A stretch of DNA of 64,000 nt from Acidimicrobiia bacterium (lineage in GTDB: Bacteria > Actinomycetota > Acidimicrobiia > Spongiisociales > ZC4RG35): positions 147,001 through 211,000 of the forward strand of contig JBBDWM010000034.1 of the NCBI GenBank assembly GCA_040902845.1. Direction: 5' to 3'. Every line of letters begins with the position of its first letter. The stretch's first letter is position 1. The notes below the pieces were generated by a model. It saw nothing but the letters and a program-made list of their open reading frames with translations, searched no databases and had not been told where the DNA came from. The translations under genes were made by a program, and so were the position numbers. This document shows, one piece after another, positions 7,819 through 17,170 of the stretch.

Positions 7819-9693
7819 TTGATGACGATTCCGGGCTCGGAAAGCCGGGGACCGGTCTCAAGGGCTTTCCACAGACACCCGATATCACTTGAAATGGTTG
7901 GTGACGGCGCTTCTGAGCGACCGCCACCCGACCTCCACGCTGAGCCCTGGGGACGTCGCGCTCTCATCGTTGGACTGACGGGTGTGCTCGCTACTTCAGC
8001 CATCTTCGGATGGGTGTGGATCGACGCCGACCGCAGCGCCGAGGAACGGCTTATCAGTCAGAGTGAGACCGTCGCTAGTTCAACCCACGAAGCCCTGGAG
8101 CGCGTAGCCGACAAGTTGGTGGCTTTGGCCGGCCTCTTCCGCGCCAGCGAGACGGTGACCCGCGACGAGTTCGACCGATTTGTGGCCGATATCGGTGCAA
8201 CTCCGGGTATGGAAGGCATCGGATTCGTGACACGGATCCCAGGCACAGATCTCGAAATCGTCGAGAGGCAGATGTCGGAAGAGTTGGGGCGAGAGGTGGT
8301 GGTTTTCGGTATCGGCCCTTCGGGCAGCCCTTCACGGGTGGAGCCAGGCGGGCATCACTCCGTTCTGCGCTATCTATCCGCTCCGAGCGAGACCTGGGAT
8401 GGCTTCACCGGGTTCGATCTTCGGTCCGAGGCTGGCATCAGCGCCACCCTGGACGCCGCCACCGCGAGCGGGGAAGCGGCAAGCACCGCCTTCCTGGAGC
8501 TTCTCGGTCAACCCGACGCTGACAATTTCCTCATGGTGCTTCCGGTCATAGATCCGTCTCGCGGGGTCCTCGATGGCTTCGTGGCGGCGCTCATGGACTC
8601 GTCGGAACTCGTCGAAGCCAACATCTCATCGGGCCTTCGACCCTTCCTCGCGTGGGATCTCGAGGATGCCACCGGAGAGCAAGTCCGAGCACTCGAAGCC
8701 GGGGTAGCGTCCATCGACTTCGGTGGGCGGGATTGGCTCCTCGAGGTCCAGCCGACCGCCAACTCGCCCTTCCTCGCCGATCGGATCGGGGCTCTTGTCA
8801 TCCTCGGCCTAGGGCTGATTGCCAGCACATTGGCAGCCATCGCTTTCTTCTTCTGGCGACAGCGGGTCGAGGCAGCCGCCGAGCTGCAAACGGTTCGTGA
8901 ACTGAATGCGGCCAAGGATCGATTCATAGCCTCGGTGAGCCACGAGTTGCGCACGCCGCTCACCGGAATCCTCGGGTATGCCGCGGTGCTACAGGACGAG
9001 GATCAGGCGACATCCCAGGGGGAGCAGCGTGAAATGCTGCACTCGATCAGCCAGAGCGCCAACGACCTCGCCCACATCATTGATGACCTGCTGGTTGCCG
9101 CTCGGTTCGAGATAGGTGAGATCTCCATCACCACGGTACCGGTCTCGTTACGGGCCGCGATCCTGGATGTGGCCAACGGTTCGGAGACCGCATTCGAGGT
9201 CGCCCTCGAAATCGACGAGACAGGCAGCGACATGGCACTCGCCGACCCGATGCGGGTCCGTCAGATTGTGCGGAATCTGCTTGAGAACGTCCAGCGGCAC
9301 GGCGGTGACCGGGTGCGAATCAGGATCGCTTCCGATGAGACCCTGGTCCACCTCGAGATCAAGGACGATGGGCCCGGGATTCCGGACACGGTGGTCGACA
9401 CGGTCTTTGAGCCATATCAAAGGTTCCACAACATCATTGGAGTCACCGAAGCCTTGGGTTTGGGTCTGAGTGTCTCTCGCCAGCTCGCTCAGTTGATGGA
9501 AGGCGAGCTGAGCTATGACCGTCGTAGCGGTTGGACTGTCTTCACCCTCACCCTTCCCACCGTTGCCAGCCAAGCCGACGTGCGCCATCTCCCTCCGCCT
9601 CGCCCCGTGTTCGCGGTCGCTCGGCCGGCCGGTCAGACAGGCACCGAGACCCGGGAGGCCGACCGGAAGGTCATCCCCATCCGTGGTCATTAG
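7819..9693 (+). CDS. sensor histidine kinase with an extracytoplasmic CHASE-like sensor domain (orphan, no adjacent response regulator)
   Basis: HisKA H-box FIASVSHELRTPLTGILGYA. HATPase_c N/G boxes (LLENVQRHGG, IKDDGPGI, GLGLSV). Two TM segments flanking a ~280-aa extracytoplasmic domain with RDEFDRFV-type CHASE features. Confidence 0.8.
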   Translation: MMTIPGSESRGPVSRAFHRHPISLEMVGDGASERPPPDLHAEPWGRRALIVGLTGVLATSAIFGWVWIDADRSAEERLISQSETVASSTHEALERVADKLVALAGLFRASETVTRDEFDRFVADIGATPGMEGIGFVTRIPGTDLEIVERQMSEELGREVVVFGIGPSGSPSRVEPGGHHSVLRYLSAPSETWDGFTGFDLRSEAGISATLDAATASGEAASTAFLELLGQPDADNFLMVLPVIDPSRGVLDGFVAALMDSSELVEANISSGLRPFLAWDLEDATGEQVRALEAGVASIDFGGRDWLLEVQPTANSPFLADRIGALVILGLGLIASTLAAIAFFFWRQRVEAAAELQTVRELNAAKDRFIASVSHELRTPLTGILGYAAVLQDEDQATSQGEQREMLHSISQSANDLAHIIDDLLVAARFEIGEISITTVPVSLRAAILDVANGSETAFEVALEIDETGSDMALADPMRVRQIVRNLLENVQRHGGDRVRIRIASDETLVHLEIKDDGPGIPDTVVDTVFEPYQRFHNIIGVTEALGLGLSVSRQLAQLMEGELSYDRRSGWTVFTLTLPTVASQADVRHLPPPRPVFAVARPAGQTGTETREADRKVIPIRGH

Positions 9694-9779
9694 CCGTTGC
9701 CGGTCCTGGATTCCATAATCACCGTCCGGTAACCGAACATCGACCCAACGCCCACAATCTGAGACCGTTTCGCACCCAG

Positions 9780-10092
9780 ATGGTGGCCCGCTCCCCCGAC
9801 GAGCAACATCGGGCGGCCACACCCCTCGAGCTGTTGTTCGACCTGGTCTTCGTGGTGGCGGTGGCACGGGCTTCATCCCAGCTCCATCACGGCATCGCGG
9901 GCGCTTCGCCTTCCGATGGCCCAGGGCCCGGCCGACAGGTTCCTAGCGCCTGTGACTGTGGTCTTGATCCTGTTGACCCCGTGGACCGGCGAGGCTCCAC
10001 TCTTGACCGGTCTGACGTTGGCGGCGCTGCTCGTCGTGAAGCGCCTGATCGGCCGAACACGGGGAAAGACCGGCACCGCTCGACCGGTATAG
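9780..10092 (+). pseudogene. remnant of an LtrA (low-temperature-requirement A) family membrane protein gene, truncated and frameshifted
   Basis: MVARSPDEQHRAATPLELLFDLVFVVAVARASSQLHHGIAG matches the LtrA N-terminus (ELFFDLVFVFA). The reading frame then degenerates, and a second frame continues with TM-like ...RFLAPVTVVLILLTPWTGEAPLLTGLTLAALLVVKRLIGR before a stop at 10090-10092. About 100 aa remain of a ~380-aa family. Confidence 0.45.
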
Positions 10093-10142
10093 TCACGAAA
10101 CTCGTCCGGTCGGACGTCCCCCAACGATCGAGGTCTTGCTCC

Positions 10143-10622
10143 ATGTTTCACGTCTCACGCACCAGTCTCCTCGTGGTTGCGGTCTTGGTGGCTGCGGCTT
10201 GCGGTGGTGGCTCGAGTTCCAGCGACGACAACCTGCCCCTCTCCGAAGATCAGGTCGAGATCTCTGGGGCACAGACGCTCACCATCTCCGAGCCCGGGGG
10301 GTGTGGCCCCCATGACTTCGAACCGGGTGCTTGGAACGGCATGTTCAGCACCGACGGCTCCGAGCCGTGGCTGCTCGACGTCACCATCGTCACCTTCGAG
10401 GCACCAAAGGTCTACGAGACGTCGGTCGAGGACGAATCGGGTAAGGCCAGCATCTTCTTGACCAATGGGGCCGGCACCACCTACGAGACCACCGACGGGA
10501 CAGGGATATTCGCCATCGACGAGGGTGGTCTCAGCGGGTCACTCGACATCACTTTGACCAACACCGACGACGACTCAACGGTCAGCCTGAATGGCAGCTT
10601 CACCTGCGAGGACCTCAGCTGA
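10143..10622 (+). CDS. putative secreted lipoprotein (hypothetical)
   Basis: MFHVSRTSLLVVAVLVAAACGGGSSSSDD: signal peptide with a lipobox-like AAAC followed by a Ser-rich linker. The long upstream extension of this ORF in the track is the LtrA remnant. Confidence 0.55.
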   Translation: MFHVSRTSLLVVAVLVAAACGGGSSSSDDNLPLSEDQVEISGAQTLTISEPGGCGPHDFEPGAWNGMFSTDGSEPWLLDVTIVTFEAPKVYETSVEDESGKASIFLTNGAGTTYETTDGTGIFAIDEGGLSGSLDITLTNTDDDSTVSLNGSFTCEDLS

Positions 10623-10630
10623 GGCCCTGA

Positions 10631-12058
10631 TCAGCCGATCAGAGTCTTCTCGATGATGTCGATTGCATGATCGATGTGCTCGATCGTGGTCCTTCGGTTG
10701 AGGATTGCGAAGCGGAGCACGAACCGGTTGTCGACCATCGTGGGTGACACATGTACCACCCGATCCCGGTTGATCGCTTCCATCGCCGCCCGCCCCTGAT
10801 CGTCGTCACGGAAGCGGAAGGCGACGATGGAGAGGCCCGGTCGCCAAGGGGTCTCGATGCCGTCGATCCCGGCCAACCGGTTGTAGGCCGACTCGGCCAG
10901 GTCGAGACTCTGGTCCAATGCCTCCCGGAACGGGGCCACCCCGTGGAGATGGAGGGGAAGCCAGACCTGTAGGCCTCGAAACGGTCGTGACAACTCGGGG
11001 CCCAACGAGGCGATGTCTCGCAACCCGGAATGGCTGTCCTCGGCGAGGAGGTAGGCGCCACGCCCTTGGTTGGCGTCGATCAGATGTGCCTCCTCCCTCA
11101 CCAACAGGGCACCGTTGCCGAAGGGGATGGAGAGGCCCTTGTGGGGGTCGATGGAGATCGAGTCGGCCCGCTCGATTCCGGTGAGCCGGGCCCGGCCCCG
11201 GTCGGTCAGCTGGAAGAAGCCGCCGTATGCGCCATCGATATGGAACCAGAGCTCGTTGGTCGCCGCTACCTCGGCAATGTCCAGGAGCGGATCGACAGTT
11301 CCTGTGTCGGTGGTCCCCGCCGACCCCACCACCAGGAATGGCTGTTGCCCGGCTTTGCGGTCCCTATCGATGGCTGCAGTGAGCGCTTCGGGGTCCATAC
11401 GGAGGTCGGCGTCGACAGCTACGACCCGGATCTGGTCGTTGCGGAACCCGGCAAGACGGGCTGCCTTGGCCACTGAATGATGGGTGTGGGTGGTGAGGTA
11501 GAGGACGCCTCGTGTCAGGTCGTCACCCAGTCGGGAGGTGCGGGCGGCGACGATCGCGGTGAAGTTGGCCAGCGAGCCGCCGGAGAGCATGAGGCCGGAA
11601 GCCTTCTCGCCGAGATCGAACAGCGACGTCATCCAGGCGATGACTCCGTGCTCTATGGCGCTCATACCCGGTGCGGCTGCTGCGACCCCGGTGTAGCGGT
11701 TGAGCCCGGCGGCGAGAAACTCCGCCAGGGCGGCGGTGTACAGGCCACCGTTGGGGATGTAGGAGAGGTGGCCACCGGACGGGTGGTAGAACCCTGAGCG
11801 GCCGGCCTCATCGATGTCGGTCAGGATCGATTGCAGTGGTCGACCGTCTTCCGACGGAGGGTCAAGCAGACGCTCGACCAGGGCAGGGTCGAGTTCGATA
11901 CCGACGGCAGGCATCGTGGCTGCCTGTCCGATCCAATCCTCCAAGAATGAAAGGATGTTGGCGGTGAGCTCTGCGCGCTCGCCCCGGTCGGGCTCGAGAG
12001 ACTTCGACATCGGGGTCAAGGTAGCCCACGCGGGGGGCTCCAGATTGAGTTTCGGCAT
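10631..12058 (-). CDS. pyridoxal-dependent decarboxylase (group II, aromatic-L-amino-acid / glutamate decarboxylase family)
   Basis: PLP-lysine motif SISIDPHKGLSIPFG. Conserved HTHHSVAKAARLAG and DGAYGG motifs. 475 aa. Confidence 0.85.
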   Translation of the reverse strand: MPKLNLEPPAWATLTPMSKSLEPDRGERAELTANILSFLEDWIGQAATMPAVGIELDPALVERLLDPPSEDGRPLQSILTDIDEAGRSGFYHPSGGHLSYIPNGGLYTAALAEFLAAGLNRYTGVAAAAPGMSAIEHGVIAWMTSLFDLGEKASGLMLSGGSLANFTAIVAARTSRLGDDLTRGVLYLTTHTHHSVAKAARLAGFRNDQIRVVAVDADLRMDPEALTAAIDRDRKAGQQPFLVVGSAGTTDTGTVDPLLDIAEVAATNELWFHIDGAYGGFFQLTDRGRARLTGIERADSISIDPHKGLSIPFGNGALLVREEAHLIDANQGRGAYLLAEDSHSGLRDIASLGPELSRPFRGLQVWLPLHLHGVAPFREALDQSLDLAESAYNRLAGIDGIETPWRPGLSIVAFRFRDDDQGRAAMEAINRDRVVHVSPTMVDNRFVLRFAILNRRTTIEHIDHAIDIIEKTLIG

Positions 12059-12079
12059 CTACGATGTGACCACTCTCTC

Positions 12080-12889
12080 ATGCCCGGATTTCTGTTCCCA
12101 CGTACCGCCGACGGGCGTTCGTCGCTGATACCGCCTCCACCCTGGCACTACTCGGGCGAGATGCTCACGGTCGAGTATCGCGCCGATCCAGATCGGGTAT
12201 CTGCGCTGCTTCCCGACGGCCTGACTCTCGCATCGGAGGACCCCGGGGCGGTCGCCGTGATCTGGGCGGACTGGCAGAGCTGTGGTGACGACTTCACTGA
12301 GATCCTCGACCCGGTGCGCTCCCAGTACAAGGAGTGCTTCGTGGTGGTGCGTTGTGCCTGGGAGGGATCTACCTGGAGCAGGTGCCCCTACATCTGGGTG
12401 GACAAGGACTTTGCACTCGTCCGTGGCTATCACCAGGGCTATCCCAAGAAGCTGGGCGAGATCTGGATGACCCGACCCGTCCTTGTCGGCAAGGCGGGGC
12501 CCCGGCTCGAGAGCGGGGGCCGTTTCGGGGCCACGTTGTCGGTGACCGGTCGTCGCATTGCCGAGGCCACTATCACCTTGCGTGAGCAGGGGGAGAGCCC
12601 GGGATTCGTCAACAGTCACCCGATGCTGCACAACAGATGGTGGCCCGCCATCGAGTCCGACGGGGTCGACTCGATGGACGAGTTGGTGACGATGCGCGGA
12701 GTGGATGGTGAGGTGAGCGAGGTGTGGTCGGGGGACGCCGAGATCAAGTTGTTCGACGCCCCCACCGAGGAGCTCGCCGGGCTCGAGCCGGTGGAGATGA
12801 TCGGTGGTTACTTCCACCGGGTTGGCGTGACATGGAAGGAAGGGACAACCCTGCGGCGTACTGTTCCCCTGGAGGTCGAAGAAGAATGA
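12080..12889 (+). CDS. acetoacetate decarboxylase (ADC)-like family protein
   Basis: N-terminal PPPPWHYSGEMLTVEYRADPDRVSALLPDGL pattern typical of the ADC-like fold (MppR/Sbi-like). Divergent from the decarboxylase gene, with only 21 bp between the starts. Confidence 0.6.
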   Translation: MPGFLFPRTADGRSSLIPPPPWHYSGEMLTVEYRADPDRVSALLPDGLTLASEDPGAVAVIWADWQSCGDDFTEILDPVRSQYKECFVVVRCAWEGSTWSRCPYIWVDKDFALVRGYHQGYPKKLGEIWMTRPVLVGKAGPRLESGGRFGATLSVTGRRIAEATITLREQGESPGFVNSHPMLHNRWWPAIESDGVDSMDELVTMRGVDGEVSEVWSGDAEIKLFDAPTEELAGLEPVEMIGGYFHRVGVTWKEGTTLRRTVPLEVEEE

Positions 12890-14340
12890 CAGCAATCCTG
12901 GAAGAACTCAGAGCCGGCGGCATGACCGGGCTCTTTATCGGCGGGGAGTGGGTCGAGGGCGCCGGAGAGCTGCCGGTGGTCGATCCCGCCTCCGAGGAGG
13001 TCCTGGTCGGGGTGGGCCTGGCCGAGGCTTCCCATGCCGACGATGCGGTGGCGGCCGCCTTCGACGCATCGAAGTCCTGGGCGCAGACCCCGCCACGGGA
13101 ACGGGGTGAAGTCCTGCGCCGCACCTTCGAGGCGATGCGAGCCAGGGAAGAGGACCTCGCTGAGCTGATCGTCCTCGAGAACGGCAAGGCATTCGCGGAT
13201 GCGCTCGGCGAGGTTCGCTACGCCGCCGAGTTCTTCCGGTGGTTCTCCGAAGAGGCATCCCGAGTCTCGGGGGAGCTGCGGACGGCCCCCGGCGGCGACA
13301 AGCGGATCATGACCTTCCGCCAGCCGGTCGGGGTTTCGGTAATGGTGACCCCGTGGAACTTCCCGGCGGCGATGGCGACCAGGAAACTGGGCCCGGCTTT
13401 GGCTGCCGGCTGCACAACAATCGTCAAGCCCGCATCCGACGCCCCGCTGACGACCCTTGCCATCGTCCATCTCATGGAGCAGGCGGGCCTCCCGCCAGGG
13501 GTGGTCAATGTGGTGGTTGCCCGGGGATCCTCGGGTGTCATCGAAAACGTCCTCCGCGACCCCAGAGTTCGCAAGCTCTCGTTCACCGGCTCAACCGAGG
13601 TCGGCCGGACGCTGATGAACGTCGCCTCCGATCAGGTGCTTCGGGTGTCGATGGAATTGGGCGGCAACGCGCCTTTCCTCGTTTTCGATGACGCCGATCT
13701 GAATGCAGCCCTCGAAGGTGCGATGGTGGCCAAGATGCGCAACGCCGGCGAGGCGTGCACCGCTGCCAACCGGTTCCTGGTCCACGCCGCGGTTGCAGAT
13801 GAGTTCACCTCGATGCTTGCGGGAGCCATGGGCTCGCTGAAGATGGGACCCGGGATCGACCGCTCCAATCAGGTTGGCCCGATGATCAACGAACGCTCGC
13901 GCGATGACATCGCCAAATTGGTCCAGGAAGCCGTCGACGACGGCGCCAGGGTGGTGGTGGGGGCCTCGGTCCCCGACCGCCGTGGCTACTTCTACGAGCC
14001 GACTGTGCTGTCCGGTGTTGCCGCAGATTCTGAGATCCTCCAGCAGGAGATCTTCGGACCGGTGGCGCCGGTGGTGACCTTCGAATCCGACGAGGAGGCA
14101 ATCGCCCTGGCTAACGACACCGTCTACGGGCTGGCCGCCTATCTGTACAGCGGTGATCTGGCCCGCGGCCTGCGGGCCGCGGAGGCCATCGAGTCGGGAA
14201 TGGTGGGCGTCAATCGAGGCTTAGTCTCGGACCCGGCCGCCCCGTTCGGGGGTGTCAAGCACTCCGGCATCGGGCGGGAAGGCTCCCACGAGGGGATGGA
14301 CGAATACCTGGAAACGAAATACGTGGCGGTGAGCTGGTAG
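12886..14340 (+). CDS. NAD(P)-dependent aldehyde dehydrogenase (succinate-semialdehyde dehydrogenase-like)
   Basis: ALDH motifs VTPWNFP, ELGGNAPFLVFDDADL (catalytic Glu), GEACTAANRFLVH (catalytic Cys). ATGA overlap with the ADC-like gene. Confidence 0.9.
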   Translation: MTAILEELRAGGMTGLFIGGEWVEGAGELPVVDPASEEVLVGVGLAEASHADDAVAAAFDASKSWAQTPPRERGEVLRRTFEAMRAREEDLAELIVLENGKAFADALGEVRYAAEFFRWFSEEASRVSGELRTAPGGDKRIMTFRQPVGVSVMVTPWNFPAAMATRKLGPALAAGCTTIVKPASDAPLTTLAIVHLMEQAGLPPGVVNVVVARGSSGVIENVLRDPRVRKLSFTGSTEVGRTLMNVASDQVLRVSMELGGNAPFLVFDDADLNAALEGAMVAKMRNAGEACTAANRFLVHAAVADEFTSMLAGAMGSLKMGPGIDRSNQVGPMINERSRDDIAKLVQEAVDDGARVVVGASVPDRRGYFYEPTVLSGVAADSEILQQEIFGPVAPVVTFESDEEAIALANDTVYGLAAYLYSGDLARGLRAAEAIESGMVGVNRGLVSDPAAPFGGVKHSGIGREGSHEGMDEYLETKYVAVSW

Positions 14341-14394
14341 GGCTAGGGGGGTCGGTGAGTCTGGCGTCGGCAGCGGTCAGCTGATGGCATTCGC

Positions 14395-14673
14395 TTACTC
14401 GTCTGGAGTGAAGAAGTCACCATCCCAGTTCATGGGTTCGCCCTCTGCGTATTGCCACATCGAGACGAGCGAGAGGCCGGGAGTCGTCGTGTGGAACTTC
14501 TCGATGACGAGACAGTCGTAAGCCGCCATCCCCGGCTTCACGACCAGGTTAAGACTCCCAACTGGACGGATCTCGCCCTGAGGAAACACTGGCTTAACGA
14601 CGAAGGTCTTACCCTCGATCCGCTGAGGTTCCATTCCTCCATCGTAGGTAGAGAAGGCTACGTGACCACGCAT
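14395..14673 (-). CDS. hypothetical protein (92 aa)
   Basis: ORF downstream of and co-directional with the HNH/DUF222 gene. No recognisable motif. Confidence 0.35.
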   Translation of the reverse strand: MRGHVAFSTYDGGMEPQRIEGKTFVVKPVFPQGEIRPVGSLNLVVKPGMAAYDCLVIEKFHTTTPGLSLVSMWQYAEGEPMNWDGDFFTPDE

Positions 14674-14748
14674 GTCGTCAAACTGGTAGCGAGTTGGGTT
14701 GACGAGCCAGCACGAGCGACCGTAACTCGGAACGGCTGAGCGAGTGCG

Positions 14749-15114
14749 TTATCCGGCCCACGAAGCGCTGGTGAACCGGGCCGTCCTGAAGGCCTCGGGC
14801 ATCCCGACTCGTTCGCGCAGGATTGTGACGACCAGAAGCAAATCGGAAGCGCGGTTGTAGTCCTCGAAGGCTTCGGGGGAGATCACGTCTCGCATCGTCG
14901 CAACCACTGGATCATCGCCCAGGAAAGACCGGGCCTCATTGAGGACCGAGTCGATAGTCGGGATAGCGATTCCGCTTACATCGAGGTCGGGTTCTCGTAG
15001 AGTCATGCTCTCCAATTGCCTTTGGAGAACCCCCAACGTTTGCCAGACCCGTGCGTGGGTGTCATTGCTCATCCGCGTCAGGATAACAGGTAAAGGGAAC
15101 AGGTGTTCGATCAA
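14749..15114 (-). CDS. hypothetical protein (121 aa)
   Basis: ORF between the HNH/DUF222 gene and the 92-aa ORF on the same strand. No recognisable motif. Confidence 0.35.
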   Translation of the reverse strand: MIEHLFPLPVILTRMSNDTHARVWQTLGVLQRQLESMTLREPDLDVSGIAIPTIDSVLNEARSFLGDDPVVATMRDVISPEAFEDYNRASDLLLVVTILRERVGMPEAFRTARFTSASWAG

Positions 15115-15201
15115 TCCGCGGCCCCCGGCAGAACTCGGCCGACTTGAATTCCGCTTGAGCCAACTTACCGAATGATGGTGGTTCCCGCCTTCGAGCCCTG
15201 A

Positions 15202-16524
15202 TTACGGAGGCTCCGGTTCGACGGTGTAGGTGTGGCCGAGGGGGCTGGTCCACTGGTAGATGCCGGGTGCGAGTCGTTGCAGTTTCCATCCTGGTTTGTG
15301 TTTGAGTCGGTGGTCGTGGCGGCAGAGTGGTGCGAGGTTGTCGGGCTCGGTGGGTCCGCCTTGGGAGTAGGCGATGGTGTGGTCGATGTCACACTCCGAT
15401 GCCGGGTTCCGGCATCCAGGGAAGGCACAGGTTGGGTTCCTTGCTTCTACCTGGCGTTTTTGGTGGGTGGTGGGTCGTCTTCGGGTGGTTCCGGTCCAGA
15501 TCGGCTCCCCACCTTCGGTGACGGTGACCCGGTGTTCAGCTTTTGATTGGTTTTCGGCGACTTGACGGGCGATGTCGGCGATGACCGGTCCGTACCCTTT
15601 GAGATCTCCGGGATGGTCGTTGAGGCCGGCCAGAGTGGTGAGTTCGACGCTGATGTCGACCATTCCCCGGCCTTTTCCTTGCTTCAAATGGCGGCCGTTG
15701 AGAAGGTCCAAGTAGACGTCGGCTCGGACCTGGTCCATGCTCCGGGGGTCGTCTGCTCCCTTGGCGGCTTTGGCGAGATTGTTGATCCGTCGCATCGCAG
15801 CTTGAGCGTGTGCTGCGGGCAGATCAAGGCCGATCAGGTTGGTGGTGCCGTGATCATTGGGTTGGAGCACCACCCGACGTTCCAGGATCGCCTCCTCATA
15901 CCGGACCTGTGCCGCGTCCGGGTCGATGAGGATGACCAGTTTGCGGATTCGGGCTCCCAACTGGCCGGTCGTCTGCTGTGAAGCACGTTCCAGGGCGGCT
16001 TCGGCCACCCGTCTTGCGGTGTCCTCGTCGAGGTGACAGGTTTCATTGCCGATCACCCGGGCCTTTGCCAGGTCGATAACTCCGTGTCGGAGGGCTGCTC
16101 CGACTTGGGGGAGACGTCGGATCAGTTCCCAGGCCAGACCAAGGTGGTAGTCGGCGGAACGTCTGGTGAGGGTGAGCGCCGCTCGAATCTCTGATGCGGC
16201 TATCTCGTCGACATCTGAAGTCCACTCTCCGGGAAAGACCTTGGTCTCCGCCTCGTGGATTGCGGTGATGTCGGCGTAGAACTCGGCCTGGTCGTATCCG
16301 ATCTGACGGGATCGGGCCTGCAAGACGACCACCCGGTCATAACCCGAAATCTGGTTCCGGTCGATCGAAGCCAACACTCCAGCCAACATCGGACCGGGTG
16401 GCATTTCGGCCAAACCTTGGGGAATCCCTCCACCCTCGAACATACGTTCGACCATGATTGGAACATACAACCCACCCCCGACAGATTCCATACCCCTGTT
16501 CCGACAATTTGGGATTATTTCCAA
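15202..16524 (-). CDS. HNH endonuclease with an N-terminal DUF222 domain (REP13E12-type selfish element protein)
   Basis: C-terminal HNH motif CAFPGCRNPASECDIDHTIAYSQGGPTEPDNLAPLCRHDHRLKH. The N-terminal helical region resembles DUF222, the standard actinobacterial HNH-DUF222 architecture. Confidence 0.8.
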   Translation of the reverse strand: MEIIPNCRNRGMESVGGGLYVPIMVERMFEGGGIPQGLAEMPPGPMLAGVLASIDRNQISGYDRVVVLQARSRQIGYDQAEFYADITAIHEAETKVFPGEWTSDVDEIAASEIRAALTLTRRSADYHLGLAWELIRRLPQVGAALRHGVIDLAKARVIGNETCHLDEDTARRVAEAALERASQQTTGQLGARIRKLVILIDPDAAQVRYEEAILERRVVLQPNDHGTTNLIGLDLPAAHAQAAMRRINNLAKAAKGADDPRSMDQVRADVYLDLLNGRHLKQGKGRGMVDISVELTTLAGLNDHPGDLKGYGPVIADIARQVAENQSKAEHRVTVTEGGEPIWTGTTRRRPTTHQKRQVEARNPTCAFPGCRNPASECDIDHTIAYSQGGPTEPDNLAPLCRHDHRLKHKPGWKLQRLAPGIYQWTSPLGHTYTVEPEPP

Positions 16525-16627
16525 TCGTCGCCGAGGTGGGCTGTCTGGAGGTCGAACGCGGGTCGTTTGGCCCTAGCCGGGTCCGAGTCTCATGTGGCAT
16601 GTTTGATGGAGCCATCAAGAAGGCTGC

Positions 16628-17134
16628 ATGTCATTGACCACTCAAGACGTCTGGGAGGCAATGGAGGACTCGATATTCGGGGTCTTGGCATTCGTCAATC
16701 CCAATGGCGAACCCAGATCCGCCGGCGTCTGTTATGTGATCGACGGGAGTTCAGTCCTCATCTCCTCAGGCATGGACTCGTGGAAGGTGCGCCACATCGA
16801 GGCCAACCCAAACGTGTCGATGACGATCACCGTGCCCAAGCACATCCCATTCCTGCCCTTCATCAAGATCCCTGCCGCCACTATCACCTTTCAAGGCGAG
16901 GCCGAGATTCTGCGCGTCACGGACGTCGATTCGCCCGTCGTGGCAAGGCTCCTACGCGGTCTCGATCTGGGTCGGCATGCGGTTGAGGACACTCGCCTCA
17001 TTCGGGTGACCCCTCGCGGTGATTTCGTCACCTACGGGATCGGAATGCCCTTAATGCAGATGCGCAAGGTCGACCAGGCGAGGGGACGGGCGCCATGTGG
17101 GACCGCTCGCGAGACCGCGAGCACCCAGGTTTGA
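16628..17134 (+). CDS. pyridoxamine 5'-phosphate oxidase family protein (FMN/F420-binding split barrel)
   Basis: IFGVLAFVNPNGEPRSAGVCYVIDGSSVLI pattern of PNPOx-like split-barrel proteins. 168 aa. Confidence 0.7.
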   Translation: MSLTTQDVWEAMEDSIFGVLAFVNPNGEPRSAGVCYVIDGSSVLISSGMDSWKVRHIEANPNVSMTITVPKHIPFLPFIKIPAATITFQGEAEILRVTDVDSPVVARLLRGLDLGRHAVEDTRLIRVTPRGDFVTYGIGMPLMQMRKVDQARGRAPCGTARETASTQV

Positions 17135-17170
17135 TCGATGAGGCGCTGAAGCCACACAGTCAGAGGAATT

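Noticed and set aside
9936-9950. Third partial copy of the P450/dioxygenase operator motif (AGGTTCCTAGCG)
   Set aside because: Only the central 11/12 nt match and the dyad arms are absent. It lies inside a pseudogene and is not 5' of any gene, so it is likely fortuitous.
9531-10142. Upstream extension of the lipoprotein ORF (363-aa track ORF)
   Set aside because: The extension overlaps the histidine kinase 3' end and reads His/Pro/Arg-rich nonsense. Part of it is the frameshifted LtrA remnant. The lipoprotein signal peptide begins at the internal Met at 10143.
12724-12885. N-terminal extension of the aldehyde dehydrogenase ORF (track start 12724)
   Set aside because: The extension overlaps the ADC-like gene in another frame. 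The ALDH family N-terminus begins at the ATG at 12886, which forms an ATGA overlap with the ADC-like stop.
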